Shown here in pieces: positions 26,563 through 36,417 of a stretch of DNA of 50,422 bases. A program made the translations under genes and the position numbers. This stretch comes from a virus (Duplodnaviria > Caudoviricetes), in IMG/VR virus record IMGVR_UViG_3300005254_000006, positions 1-50,422 of that record; one strand, 5' to 3'. The first letter of the stretch is position 1. Each line of letters opens with the position of its first letter. The notes beneath the pieces are model-generated. The model was not told the DNA's origin, did no database searches, and was given only the letters and a program-made list of their open reading frames with translations.

Positions 26563-29500
26563 CAGTGCGCCCGTCCCATGTCGTGAGCCCAGCGGCCGTG
26601 CTCCCTCTCACCGAAGCCGAGGTCGACGATCTCGGCAGCATGCGCCTGCACGAAGCGCTTCCACGACTCGGGCGGCGCGCCGATGAGTGGACCGTTGAAG
26701 TTGATCTGCACCTGCGGAGCCATGCCGGCGGTGGCCGACGACCACGCGGGCGAGGCGACCGCGTAGCTGGCGTAGGGCGAGCGCCCGACGATGCTGCCGC
26801 CGGCCATCGTCAGGCCGGCCTCCCTCATCAGGTAGGCCATGCGGTTGGGTTTGGTGAGGGGCAGGATCAGCTCCGGTCCGGCCTCACCGACCAGGGCGAT
26901 GGTCGGACGCGTGATGTAGTCGCCCTCGGCCTTGCGAGGACCACGGAAGGTCTTCTGCGTGCTCCCCCCGCCCGTCTGCACCACGTTGATTGTCTGCGTG
27001 ATCGTCCCGCCGAAGAGCGCCTGCAGTGTGTTCTTGATGATCCGCGCGGGGCCGGAGGCGTTGTCCTTCACCCCGAGGAGCTGGTTGACCGCCGTCCTGA
27101 ACATCGCATTGATGAGCTTCTTGGCGATCTTGGCCTTGCCGGAGGCGTTGTCCTTGGCAGAGAGGGTGGCCATCCACTGCTTGATGGTCAGCTCGCGCAG
27201 TTCCTTCTCTGCCTTCTCCTTCTCCGCCTCGAGTGCCTTGATCTCGGCCTGCAGCTCGACGTTCCAGGGCTCCTTCTCGAACTGCTTCTTCTTCTCGGCG
27301 ATGATCTCGCCGAGGTCCTTGACGTCACGCTTGGCCGCATCGACCCGGGCCTTGAGGAGGATGGGCCGGTTCTCCTTCTGGATCCGCCGCAGTTCCGCCT
27401 CGAGCTCCTTGATCTTCTCGTTCCAGCGATGCTTCTTGAGTTCCAGCTCGACCGACCATGGTTTGTCGGCGACGCTCTTGAGCTTGTCCCGGTACCGGTC
27501 GATCTCGCTCTGGCGATCCTTGATCTGCGCCTTGGCCATCGCTAGCCGGAAACGCTCACCGACCTGCTCGTAGGCGTCACGGGCCTCGTTGACGACCTTC
27601 ACCTGGTCGCGCCATGCCTGCCTCGCCTCGCGCATCTTCGAGGGGTCGCCGATGGCGGTCATGCCGGAGTAGCGGTTCATCTTGTCGGCCAGGCCGCGCT
27701 GCCGGTCGTAGTGGCGCTTGGCGTCGAGGTACTCCTGATGGAGGTCTGCGCGCCGCTCCTTGGCGGCCTCCAGGCGCTGCGCCATGCGCGCTTCGGCCGT
27801 CGTGATGTCCTCGCGGACGAGCTGCTCGTTGACGCGCTTGGCGACCGGCAGGACTGAGTTGAGTTCCTCCGCGACGACATCGAAGAGGCCCGCTACCTCG
27901 ACCTTCGGCTTCCAGACGAGCTCGCCGTTCTCGACCACGTAGTGGCCGCCCATGGTCTTGTTTGACCACTTCCTGAGGCTCTCGGCGTTGATGCCGGTCA
28001 GCCCCTCCATGATGGTGTCGGGGTCGCCGCCCTTGTCCTTGGTCGTGTAGGCGGCATCGGCGACCTTCTTGAGGGCGAAGTAGAGGCCGCCGGCGCCGGC
28101 CAGCGCCAGCGCTGCGATACCGCTGAACTTGGCGAGCCGACCGAGCATGCCGACGAAGCGCAGACTCTTGGGCGTGGCGACCGCGGCTGCTGTGCCGGCG
28201 GCAGCCACGCTGGCCGCGGTGCGGCTGGCTGCCTGCGCAGTGCCCGCACCTGCAGCGGCACCGCTGGCCAGGCTGCCCATCCTGGTCATCTCGCCCATGA
28301 CACGAGCGAGACGGATGGACTGAAGCGTCCGCAGGCCGGCGAAAACCGTCGAGAGGCCAGTGGAGAGAGGACCTGCGACCGCGAGGAAGAGCCCGAAGCC
28401 GAGGGCTGCCTTCTTCACGACGTCGGGCAGGCTCCCGAACCCGTCGATGAGGCCGGTGACCATGCCCAGCAGCTCGCTCGCCACCGGCAGCACCTTGGCG
28501 CCGGCGTCCTTGAGCTGGACTAGGAACTGCGCCCAGCCGCGCTCGAGCTTGCCGACGTCGGTCTGCGACCACTTGCCGAACGCCTCGTCGAGTTCGCCGG
28601 TGGCGTTCTTGACTTGGCTGAAGGTCGAGGCCAGCGTCTTGCCGTCGCCGGTCAGCAGGCCCCACAGGGCGCGTAGCGAGCGGATGTTGGGGACGATCTG
28701 CTTGAGCGCCTTCTGGTTGCCGCCGGTGAGCCGCTCGATCTCCTGCATGGCCTCGATCGGCCCCTTGTCGCGCATGATCTGCTGCAGCTTCTCGTAGGAG
28801 CTGCCGTGGGCGGCGAGGTACTTCTCCCCGGCTTCGCTGCCCTTCATCAACCCGAGCATGAAGTTGTTGAGGGCGGTGACAGCCCGCGGGGTGGAGATCG
28901 ACTTCATGGTCATGTTGGCGATCGAGGCGGCGACCTGGTCGAACTCGACACCCATCTTGGCGGCCGTGGGCAGCACCATGCCGATCGCCTGGGCGAACTC
29001 GGCCGGCTCCGCCTTGCCGAGCCGGATGGCGGCCAGCATCTGGTCCATGGCCGTCGTGGCGCTGATGGCCGCCGGCCCGTAGGCCTGCAGGACGCCGGTC
29101 AGGGCGTCGGCCACCACGTTGGCCTCGCCCATGCCGATGGCGGCGCCCTTGGCCGAGAGCTCGACCAGCTGGAGCGCCTTGCTCCCCTCGAAGCCGACAC
29201 TGGTGACGAAGTAGAGGGCGTCGGCCAGCTCGGCCGGTCCGCGGCCGACGGCGGCCGCCATCTCCGAGAGCTGCTCGTTGTACAGCGCCATCTGGGCCGC
29301 GTTCTGGCGGTTGATGCCGGCGACCTTCTGCATGTTCTTCTGGTACTTGTAGGCGTAGACGCCAGAGAGCGCCGAGGCGGCGGCCATGGGGATGGTCACG
29401 TAGGTGGTCATCGAGGAGCCGACGAGGCGCAGGGAGGACTGCATGCGGCCGTAGCCGGCCATCCTCGTGCGCATGGTGGCAGCCTCGGCGGCCAGCGCCT

Positions 29501-29738
29501 GCTGTGCCCGCTTGGCGTTGAGGCCCTCGAGGGCGGCGCGCTGCTTGGCGATGCGGTTCTCCAGGGCCAGGGCGCGCGAGAGCTGGGTGTAGCGGGCGTT
29601 GCCCGATCGCACCGAGGCGGCGTTGGCGGCGGCTGTCTCGGCGCCCAGCCTCTTGATGTCGGCCCGGGCCTTGGCGATGCCGCCGGTGGTCGCGTTGATG
29701 GCGCGGACGATGATGTCGAGGTTGGCTACCTCACCCAT
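26562..29738 (-). CDS. Tape measure protein
   Basis: 1058 aa Ala-rich helical; TP901-type core; TM segments; C-terminal VGEAGPELILPL. Confidence 0.93.
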   Translation of the reverse strand: MGEVANLDIIVRAINATTGGIAKARADIKRLGAETAAANAASVRSGNARYTQLSRALALENRIAKQRAALEGLNAKRAQQALAAEAATMRTRMAGYGRMQSSLRLVGSSMTTYVTIPMAAASALSGVYAYKYQKNMQKVAGINRQNAAQMALYNEQLSEMAAAVGRGPAELADALYFVTSVGFEGSKALQLVELSAKGAAIGMGEANVVADALTGVLQAYGPAAISATTAMDQMLAAIRLGKAEPAEFAQAIGMVLPTAAKMGVEFDQVAASIANMTMKSISTPRAVTALNNFMLGLMKGSEAGEKYLAAHGSSYEKLQQIMRDKGPIEAMQEIERLTGGNQKALKQIVPNIRSLRALWGLLTGDGKTLASTFSQVKNATGELDEAFGKWSQTDVGKLERGWAQFLVQLKDAGAKVLPVASELLGMVTGLIDGFGSLPDVVKKAALGFGLFLAVAGPLSTGLSTVFAGLRTLQSIRLARVMGEMTRMGSLASGAAAGAGTAQAASRTAASVAAAGTAAAVATPKSLRFVGMLGRLAKFSGIAALALAGAGGLYFALKKVADAAYTTKDKGGDPDTIMEGLTGINAESLRKWSNKTMGGHYVVENGELVWKPKVEVAGLFDVVAEELNSVLPVAKRVNEQLVREDITTAEARMAQRLEAAKERRADLHQEYLDAKRHYDRQRGLADKMNRYSGMTAIGDPSKMREARQAWRDQVKVVNEARDAYEQVGERFRLAMAKAQIKDRQSEIDRYRDKLKSVADKPWSVELELKKHRWNEKIKELEAELRRIQKENRPILLKARVDAAKRDVKDLGEIIAEKKKQFEKEPWNVELQAEIKALEAEKEKAEKELRELTIKQWMATLSAKDNASGKAKIAKKLINAMFRTAVNQLLGVKDNASGPARIIKNTLQALFGGTITQTINVVQTGGGSTQKTFRGPRKAEGDYITRPTIALVGEAGPELILPLTKPNRMAYLMREAGLTMAGGSIVGRSPYASYAVASPAWSSATAGMAPQVQINFNGPLIGAPPESWKRFVQAHAAEIVDLGFGEREHGRWAHDMGRAH

Positions 29739-30042
29739 CGGCGATCACCGGCTCGCGACCGTGCGTCCTGCGGAAGTCGTTGAGCTTGACGAGCCGCATC
29801 ATCTCGGTGTCCGGGAGCTCGCCGCCGCGCTTGGTGCGCTCCGGGTCGTTCCAGATGCGGTACGCCTCTGCGTAGGCACGCATGGCCATGACGTCCAGGC
29901 AGTGGCCTGCGGGCTGGTTCGCGGCGTCGATCAGAGACGTCGCGAGACCCTCCTCGCAGACCCTCGCCCAGAGCCATTCGCGCGGGGTGTCTGCGCCCTC
30001 GACTCCCGCCAGAGCCGCATCGAAGGCGCTCAGCCTTTTTCC
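29731..30042 (-). CDS. Tail assembly chaperone, -1 frameshifted C-terminal (GT) part
   Basis: GGAAAAA slippery site at 30036-30042; the -1 frame is open to 29731. Confidence 0.75.
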   Translation of the reverse strand, partial: GKRLSAFDAALAGVEGADTPREWLWARVCEEGLATSLIDAANQPAGHCLDVMAMRAYAEAYRIWNDPERTKRGGELPDTEMMRLVKLNDFRRTHGREPVIADG

Positions 30043-30494
30043 AGGTCCTCCTGGCTGCGCAGGCCGACGATCTCGGTGGCCGCCCAGCGGGCCGTGTCCT
30101 CGTCGAGCAGACGGATGTTCGCCTCGTCGAGCGGCCGGTCGTAGCTCCACTCGACGATCCCAAGCCGCAGCACGGTGAGCTGGTCGAGTCCCTTGAGCGG
30201 GTCTTGGTCGGCCTCCTCGATGGCCGCCTCGACCTCGTCGGCCTCGGAGTCGTCCTCGTCGGCTTGCTCTGCCTCGTCTGGCTCGTTCCGCTTCGCCGCT
30301 GCGCGCGCCTTCTCGAAGACCCGCTCGATCGTCTCTTCCACCTCGCTGATCTCGCCGACCGAGCGCATGAGAGCGATGTAGCCCTTGATCTGCGCGGTCT
30401 CGATCTCAAGGAAGGAGAGAGGCCGCAGCTTCATCCACTGACCGGGCTCGCCGGGCACCTCGAGCTGCTTGGTGAGTGCGTCAACGAACGCCAT
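30030..30494 (-). CDS. Tail assembly chaperone (G)
   Basis: Between tail tube and TMP; IVEWS; ends EDLEKG across the slippery site. Confidence 0.8.
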   Translation of the reverse strand: MAFVDALTKQLEVPGEPGQWMKLRPLSFLEIETAQIKGYIALMRSVGEISEVEETIERVFEKARAAAKRNEPDEAEQADEDDSEADEVEAAIEEADQDPLKGLDQLTVLRLGIVEWSYDRPLDEANIRLLDEDTARWAATEIVGLRSQEDLEKG

Positions 30495-30497
30495 CGG

Positions 30498-30905
30498 TCA
30501 GTTCTCCGTGATCGTGCCGGTGGGGTGCAGGGTGACGCTGGCGGTCGTGACCTTGCCCTTGACGGGCTTGCGCGGGTAGGCGCCGATGATCGTCTCGACC
30601 GACGTGTACTTGGTGCCGCCGTAGGTGGCCTTGAACGTCCTGGTGCCACCCGCCGTGCCGCGACAGCCCGGGTCGTTGAAGAGGTCGTCCATCGTCTCCG
30701 TGTAGACGAACTCCAGTTCGACGTCGTCCATGGTGAGCAGACCGGCATAGAGCCGCGCGGTGTACTCGACGCCGTTTGGGGTCACGTCGTCGACCTCGGG
30801 CTTGACGTTGACGCCGTTGATCGACAGGACCTCGATCGTCTGCGGGGTGCCGGTGTCGTCGTCGAACTCGAACGACGCATCGGCGAACGTGTAGGGACCG
30901 GCCAT
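30498..30905 (-). CDS. Major tail tube protein
   Basis: 135 aa Thr/Gly-rich beta protein; EVDDVT...GL...D, ends L.PTG.I; strong SD. Confidence 0.7.
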   Translation of the reverse strand: MAGPYTFADASFEFDDDTGTPQTIEVLSINGVNVKPEVDDVTPNGVEYTARLYAGLLTMDDVELEFVYTETMDDLFNDPGCRGTAGGTRTFKATYGGTKYTSVETIIGAYPRKPVKGKVTTASVTLHPTGTITEN

Positions 30906-30931
30906 TGTTCATGCCTCCGTGGGTCTCATGG

Positions 30932-30969
30932 AGACCGTCCGGGTCTCTTGCCGGGGACCGGAGCGGTCT
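30932..30969 (-). promoter_or_regulatory. Conserved-loop hairpin, copy 1
   Basis: Stem AGACCG(C)TCCGG/CCGGACGGTCT enclosing TCCCCGGCAAGAGAC. Confidence 0.7.
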
Positions 30970-30987
30970 GCCGTTGGTCGTTCCAGA

Positions 30988-31980
30988 TCAGAACCTGGCG
31001 AGGCCTCCCATCAGGGTCAGGGACGGTGCCGCGCCGGCGCCCGTCAGGGTGATGTGCAGCCGCGAGTAGCGCCGGATCTGACCGGTGACGGGAATCCGGT
31101 AGGCGACCGGGACCGTCGCCGCCGTGATGGCCTGCGAGGACGCGCCGGCGACCGCCGCGTAGGCGACGTCGTCGGCCGAGTCCTGCAGCTCCACGAGCCA
31201 GTTCGTGTAGCCGCCGAGCGTGACGGCCGGGACCTGCAGGTAGAGAGCTCCGCCGCTCGCGTAGGTGGCCGTGCCGGCCGTGCCGGCGGCCGTCACTGCG
31301 GTCGGGATCGAGAAGTGCGTGCTGTCGATGTACGTGACTTCCCATGTGCCGTCGATTGACGGCGTGCAGTTGCTGCCGGAGATCTCGACCAGGTCGCCGC
31401 TCACGAAGCCATGGGCGGCGGCCGTGGTGATGACCGTCGGCTCGGCGTCGGTGTTGGCGGTGATGGTGGCGGTCAGGGGCGCCGCACCGGAGTCGACCCC
31501 GGTCGTGTCGACGGCCCCGGTGAGGGTGGCGAGGATCTGGAGGATCGCGCCGTCCTCGTGACCGTAGGAGCTCGACTGGACCATCGAGATGTTGCCGCGG
31601 TGGATGTCGCCCTTCTTGGGCTTGCGGCCGCGACCGTTGACGACCATGCCGGCGTAGCCGATGAAGCTCTTGGCGATCGTGTTGCCCTCTATGCCGGTGC
31701 AGACGATCACCGACGGCCAACCGTCGGCGATGACACGTTCGATGAAGGCGTTCTCGGCGAGCGGCGCGTCGTCATAGGTGACATCGAAGGACAGCTCGCT
31801 GTCGATCTCGCCGGCGAACCGCTTGACCGTGTAGGCGTCGGTGTCCGAGTCGCCCTTGCCGAGCGGCGTGTCGTCGACGATCTTGGGGTCGTCCTTGAAC
31901 GTGACGGCGCCCGTCATGTTGGGACGCAGGTTGTAGCCCCCAGCGAGCATGAAGGCGAAGTCCTTGTGGTTGTAGCTCAC
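30988..31980 (-). CDS. Structural protein (tail-tube-like N-terminus, FCCH-like insertion)
   Basis: Tail-region position; VITTAAAHGFVSGDLVEISG...DGTWEVT.IDS..FSI motif. Confidence 0.6.
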   Translation of the reverse strand: MSYNHKDFAFMLAGGYNLRPNMTGAVTFKDDPKIVDDTPLGKGDSDTDAYTVKRFAGEIDSELSFDVTYDDAPLAENAFIERVIADGWPSVIVCTGIEGNTIAKSFIGYAGMVVNGRGRKPKKGDIHRGNISMVQSSSYGHEDGAILQILATLTGAVDTTGVDSGAAPLTATITANTDAEPTVITTAAAHGFVSGDLVEISGSNCTPSIDGTWEVTYIDSTHFSIPTAVTAAGTAGTATYASGGALYLQVPAVTLGGYTNWLVELQDSADDVAYAAVAGASSQAITAATVPVAYRIPVTGQIRRYSRLHITLTGAGAAPSLTLMGGLARF

Positions 31981-32252
31981 CAGGCACCTCCTTTCTCCTC
32001 ACAGACGGAGCACATCCACTTGGGAGCCCCGTTGCCGGTGTAGTCGGTGATCTTCTCTGCGGGTGCTCCGCACTTCGGACACTTCGTCGGGATCCCGGAC
32101 GCAGGCTCCTGCAGCGTGATCGGCTGCGCCTCGGCGCCGATGCTGCGCAGGGCCGCATCGACGTTGGTGACCAGGGCGTTGGCCACCGTGCGGATGGCGA
32201 GCAGCTGGCCGGCGACGACCATGCGCTCGTCTGTCGAGAGCTCGTCAGACAC
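31977..32252 (-). CDS. Small zinc-ribbon protein
   Basis: CPKCG...CSVC. Confidence 0.6.
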   Translation of the reverse strand: MSDELSTDERMVVAGQLLAIRTVANALVTNVDAALRSIGAEAQPITLQEPASGIPTKCPKCGAPAEKITDYTGNGAPKWMCSVCEEKGGAW

Positions 32253-32622
32253 AGCCGATCAACCTCACATCCTGGTGGCGCCACGGCAGGCCGGTCCGCG
32301 GGTCTGTCTCGGACCGGGGATCGCCGACGAACGCCACTTCGTAGCCACCCCAGAGGGTGAGCAGAGCCGAGTAGAGGACCGGCATCAGTGCGTCCAGGTC
32401 ACCCTCGTCATTGGCCCACGCCGTCACCCGCCAGCGCTCCATCGTCGCGATGATGTCGCCGCCGCCGTTCTGGAACGGTGGTCCGCCGACCAGCTTGAGA
32501 TGCACGAAGGGGATGGAGCTCTGGATGTCGTCAGGCAGCTTCGTGAAGACGCGGCCGCCGATGACGGCATCCAGAGGCACGTCGGCCTTGAGCGCCGCGA
32601 CGATGTCGGTCAGGGTGCTCAC
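32245..32622 (-). CDS. Tail terminator (DUF3168-like)
   Basis: AL.AD..L.A.IGGRV...LP....PF pattern. Confidence 0.7.
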   Translation of the reverse strand: MSTLTDIVAALKADVPLDAVIGGRVFTKLPDDIQSSIPFVHLKLVGGPPFQNGGGDIIATMERWRVTAWANDEGDLDALMPVLYSALLTLWGGYEVAFVGDPRSETDPRTGLPWRHQDVRLIGCV

Positions 32623-33053
32623 AGCGCTCCAATCTGGCCCATGAGAGCCGCCCGGAAGAGCGGCGGGATGCCCAAGCGCGTCTCCTCGTAGGCGCGCTCA
32701 GCGTAGTGCGTGCCCTCCTGGTGGACGTGCATGGCGAAGTGCTCGCCGCCGCCGTAGTCGAACCAGTGCAGCATCGCCGCCCGCACCGGCCGGATGTCTC
32801 CGCCGCGCTCGCGCATCCACGAGTAGGGCAGGTCGGTGCGGACCGCGATGGCCATCGGCCCGGCACTCTCCGTGCGGATGTTGCCGACCAGGCCTCCATC
32901 GTGGAAGGGGGCGTTGGCGCGCTCCGCCGCGAGGGTCGGTGCGACGGCCGGCTCGAGCGCCTTCATGAACGTGGCCGGCTCCGAGAGCAGGGCCTGGATC
33001 GCCGCCAGCTTGGCGTCGACCGGCTCCCACAGGACTTTCACTTCGAGGATCAC
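32619..33053 (-). CDS. Neck/tail-completion protein (HK97 gp10-like)
   Basis: ANAP...G.L...I, PY....E.GG, Y...A pattern. Confidence 0.6.
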   Translation of the reverse strand: MILEVKVLWEPVDAKLAAIQALLSEPATFMKALEPAVAPTLAAERANAPFHDGGLVGNIRTESAGPMAIAVRTDLPYSWMRERGGDIRPVRAAMLHWFDYGGGEHFAMHVHQEGTHYAERAYEETRLGIPPLFRAALMGQIGAL

Positions 33054-33451
33054 GTCGGCCTCGGTTCGACGAGCTCGACGAGGATCTCGGTGTAGGTGCC
33101 GCTCGCATCCACGACGCGCGAGTTGACGTTCCAGTAGTCACCACGCCAGAGGACCTCGTCGCTGGGCTCGATCTCCCAGTGGGCGCCGGGCGTCTGCAGC
33201 CGATACCAGGTCGAGACCCTCGTGAGGTCTGTGCGACGCTCCTCCTCGCGCTGGATGATCTTGCCGTTCTGAACGTTCGCGTAGGCGGCCGGCACATCGA
33301 CGAGGCCGGTCCGCGGCGTCCGCGTCACGATCGGGGTGCCGTGGGCGTCGCTGCCGCCCACCGATGTCGCACAGACCGTGATGGTCTCGGTGAAGAAGGG
33401 GTCCTCCAGGGCTTCCATGAGAGCAGTGCCTCCGATGACCGGGTCGTTCAT
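33050..33451 (-). CDS. Head closure / head-tail adaptor
   Basis: Position; I...D.V...G..W.V pattern. Confidence 0.6.
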   Translation of the reverse strand: MNDPVIGGTALMEALEDPFFTETITVCATSVGGSDAHGTPIVTRTPRTGLVDVPAAYANVQNGKIIQREEERRTDLTRVSTWYRLQTPGAHWEIEPSDEVLWRGDYWNVNSRVVDASGTYTEILVELVEPRPT

Positions 33452-33458
33452 CTGACGA

Positions 33459-33827
33459 TCACCAGACCCCGGTCACCAGCATCTGCTTGAGCAGGTACTC
33501 GCGCTGCTGGAAGAAGTCGTCGGCGAACTCGGCAGTGCCGAACGCCATGCCGGACTCGTTGCGCTCCTCCCATTCGGTGCGCAGCGCCTTTGCCTGGGCA
33601 CGGAGCGCCGCGGCCACCGCCGGGCCGTCGGTCTCCGTGCCCATCAGGTCGAGCTTCTTGAGCACCAGGGCGTTGCTGGCCGCCATCGTGTCGAGTCCCA
33701 TGGCGGCGGCCAGCAGGACTTCGTTGTCGGTCAGCTCAAGGAACGCCTCCACCTCGTCGTCGGAGAAGACGGCCGAGTCGGTGTCGGCCATCAGGAGACG
33801 GACCTGCTGTGCCGTGGTGAGGCTCAT
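33459..33827 (-). CDS. Head-tail connector protein
   Basis: VRLLMADTD...FSDDEV..FL pattern. Confidence 0.7.
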   Translation of the reverse strand: MSLTTAQQVRLLMADTDSAVFSDDEVEAFLELTDNEVLLAAAMGLDTMAASNALVLKKLDLMGTETDGPAVAAALRAQAKALRTEWEERNESGMAFGTAEFADDFFQQREYLLKQMLVTGVW

Positions 33828-34288
33828 GTGCGCTTGGCTCTCGTGCTCGTCGGCTTGCGCGGCGAGCGTCGCTTGCGGGTCGTGGTCTTCTTGCGCGGCT
33901 TCGCCTTGGGCGCTGGAGTCTTCTGGGGCTCGGGGGCCGGCTCAGCGGGAGCCGGAGCCTCTTCGGCCTCGTCGGGCGTCTCGGGCTCCGCCACCGGTGC
34001 GGCAGGAGCATCGGGCCGGCTCGTCTCGACGGCGTGCTCGACCTTCTCGCTGCCGGCCTCCACCTCCATAGGGCCGGCCGAAGCCGGCGCCGACCCGGAT
34101 GGGCTGGTCGGCGCCGGCTGCTCGGAAGCGGCCTCTTGCCCTTCGTCTGCAGGCTGCTCGGTGGGGGGGACGAGCACCGCGGTCAACGCCTGCAGCTCGT
34201 CGAAGATGGCCGCGAGGTAGATGTCCGTCACGATGACGGGCTCGGGCAACTCGCGCCCGAAGCGGCCTATGCGGTGCGCGCGGCTCAC
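33824..34288 (-). CDS. Hypothetical protein, Pro/Ala/Glu-rich with basic C-terminal tail
   Basis: GTGA overlap with the capsid stop. Confidence 0.6.
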   Translation of the reverse strand: MSRAHRIGRFGRELPEPVIVTDIYLAAIFDELQALTAVLVPPTEQPADEGQEAASEQPAPTSPSGSAPASAGPMEVEAGSEKVEHAVETSRPDAPAAPVAEPETPDEAEEAPAPAEPAPEPQKTPAPKAKPRKKTTTRKRRSPRKPTSTRAKRT

Positions 34289-35472
34289 GGAGCGACCTGT
34301 GCGTAGCAGTACCGCGGGTCGCCGCGCCACGCGCCGTGCACGCAGCGCACCCGGTAGGCGATCTCGTCGTGCTCGAAGTCGCCCTCCATGGCACCGATCG
34401 AACCGCCGGAGAGGCTCACCTTGTTCGGGGCCTTCATGCAGACCTCGGGAGCCTCGTTCCCGCGCAGGTAGTCGAACCCCGCCGCGACTCCCTGGCTGGT
34501 CTCGGCGAAGACGTACCAGGTCGTGTCGCCGGTGCCGGAGACGTCGATGACCTCGAGCAGGTCGTTGACGTGCAGCTGGATGCCGAGCTGCGGCAGGATG
34601 TTGGTCGTGGGCAGCGGCAGGTAGACCGGGGTGCTGGCGTTGGCCCCACCGACCGTGTCGACCTGCTGCATCTGGGCGCTCGTCAGGATCTGACGGGCGG
34701 TGAACTCCAGCGCCTTGGGCACGACCAGGTGGACGCCGGTCACGGCGATGAGCTCGCCGTTGACGTCGGTCTGCTTCGCCATCAGCTGCAGGGTCGTCTG
34801 CAGGTTGGTGATGGTCAGAGGCAGCACACCGACGTTGGTGACGTTGCCGCCGTCGACATCGGCGATCGGCGCGCCGAACAGGCTCGCGTGCGGGCCGGTG
34901 GCGGCACAGAACGCCTTGGTGGCGTTGAGCGCCTCGGTGCGCTGCACGGCGGTGCCGAAGCGCTCCGCGATGTCGTCGAAGGCGCCCATCGAGTCGTTGA
35001 TGACCGACTCCCAGGAGATGCCGAACTTGCGGCCCCACTTGTAGACCCGACGGTCGTACTTGCCGGTGACCGACGGCTCTTCGGGGTAGGCGCCCTTCTC
35101 AGGCACCTGGTCGAGGACGTCGTCCTGGCCGACGACCTTGTGCTTCTCGTGGGTGTTGAAGTTCGGCAGCCGGCCGAGCTTCAGGTACGACCGCCAGTCA
35201 GGGATGACGGCCTTGTAGTTGGCGAGCAGCTCCCGGTCGATGAGCACGCCGAACAGAGTCGGGAAGTCGGACGTGCCGACGGCCTCGCCGAAGGCCATCC
35301 GCCCGGAGATCGCCTCCTCGAGCAGATAGGCGTGCTTGCGGGCGCCGAAGCCCTTCTCGTTGCGGATCAGCGACATGGCCTCGGCCAGCGCTGCCTCACT
35401 GATCCTCATGGAGCGGGCAGCGTGGAAGCCGCGCTCTTCTCCCTCCTGTACCTGTGTGAGAAACTCGTTCAT
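34285..35472 (-). CDS. Major capsid protein (HK97 fold)
   Basis: TSDFP, KWGRKFGISWESVIND, LVVPKALE and RVR...G...D motifs; strong SD. Confidence 0.88.
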   Translation of the reverse strand: MNEFLTQVQEGEERGFHAARSMRISEAALAEAMSLIRNEKGFGARKHAYLLEEAISGRMAFGEAVGTSDFPTLFGVLIDRELLANYKAVIPDWRSYLKLGRLPNFNTHEKHKVVGQDDVLDQVPEKGAYPEEPSVTGKYDRRVYKWGRKFGISWESVINDSMGAFDDIAERFGTAVQRTEALNATKAFCAATGPHASLFGAPIADVDGGNVTNVGVLPLTITNLQTTLQLMAKQTDVNGELIAVTGVHLVVPKALEFTARQILTSAQMQQVDTVGGANASTPVYLPLPTTNILPQLGIQLHVNDLLEVIDVSGTGDTTWYVFAETSQGVAAGFDYLRGNEAPEVCMKAPNKVSLSGGSIGAMEGDFEHDEIAYRVRCVHGAWRGDPRYCYAQVAP

Positions 35473-35496
35473 GTTCGGTCCTCCGTGGGTCGGACG

Positions 35497-35531
35497 GGGG
35501 CGGGGTGTCTCTTGCCGGGGAACCCCGCCCC
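35497..35531 (-). promoter_or_regulatory. Conserved-loop hairpin, copy 2
   Basis: 10-bp stem GGGGCGGGGT/ACCCCGCCCC enclosing TCCCCGGCAAGAGAC. Confidence 0.7.
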
Positions 35532-35545
35532 GCTGTTCGTCAGGT

Positions 35546-36391
35546 TCAGGTCTTGTCGAGCCAGATCACCATGAGCTGGTCGGAGCTCGTGTCGGTGCCG
35601 GCGGCGTTGTTGATGGTGTCGGCACCGGTGACCGAGAACTCGGACGTCAGGTCGGCCAGCGTGGCGATGGCGGCCGCCGTGCTGAAGTGCCCGACGAAGA
35701 CGATCTCGTCGCCGGAAGCGATGCCGGTGACGGTGTGGTCGCCGGCGGCGCCGCCGTTGACGAGGTCGACGTGGAGGATGCTCGCCGCCAGCTTGGCGCC
35801 GTTGACGAACCCGTCGGCGAACAGCGCCCGGGTCGCGGCGTCGGCCACGAAGGCGCCGTTCTTGACGGCCAGCAGGAGCTGGGCGTTGTCGAACGAGTCG
35901 GCGTCGAACTTGGCCAGCACCTGGGCGGCGTTGAAGTAGTCGTCGGCCATCTTGGCCCGCCCGCTCGCGTCGGCGGAGAGGACCCCGTCGGCCAGAGCGG
36001 CCGTGTTGACGAGGCCGGCACCGATCGCCGGAGCCGGGACGTGCAGCACCTTGATGGACGTCGTGGCGGCCGCGCCGACGGCCTCGAGGGCGATGCCGTA
36101 CGGCGTGCCGGTCGTGTCGTTCTCGAGTCGGTCGGCTCCGTCGTCGTAGTAGACGGTGTCGCCGACGGAGATCCCGGCCACCACGTCGGTCACCGGATGG
36201 GTGGCGACGTACCAGCCGAAGTCGACCATCGTGTAGGTCGCGGCCGGCACCCCTCCGTCGCCCTCGTCGAGCAGGGCGATGCCCGTCAGGCTACCGAAGC
36301 GGACAGGGTCGCCGGAGTCGGGGGCGGCCGGGTCGGTGACGATCACCGGAAGGGGCATCGGGTTGATGCGATGGACGATGTTCGTTGCCAT
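35546..36391 (-). CDS. Capsid decoration/cement protein (DUF2190-like) with C-terminal extension
   Basis: SGDPV.FG.L.GIAL.D...ISVGD.VYYD...GIALEA. Confidence 0.7.
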   Translation of the reverse strand: MATNIVHRINPMPLPVIVTDPAAPDSGDPVRFGSLTGIALLDEGDGGVPAATYTMVDFGWYVATHPVTDVVAGISVGDTVYYDDGADRLENDTTGTPYGIALEAVGAAATTSIKVLHVPAPAIGAGLVNTAALADGVLSADASGRAKMADDYFNAAQVLAKFDADSFDNAQLLLAVKNGAFVADAATRALFADGFVNGAKLAASILHVDLVNGGAAGDHTVTGIASGDEIVFVGHFSTAAAIATLADLTSEFSVTGADTINNAAGTDTSSDQLMVIWLDKT

Positions 36392-36417
36392 GTTCTCTGT
36401 CCTCCGTGAGTCGAATG

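Noticed and set aside
22908-29783. Long plus-strand ORFs opposite the structural genes (and similar shadow ORFs throughout)
   Set aside because: Antisense shadows typical of high-GC3 coding DNA; no SD, motifs or operon logic
18064-31980. Phage ubiquitin-proteasome system (proteasome-like protease plus E1-FCCH-like domain)
   Set aside because: The FCCH-like module is inside a tail-region structural gene ~12 kb away; no E1 adenylation, E2, Ubl, JAB or AAA ATPase gene is seen
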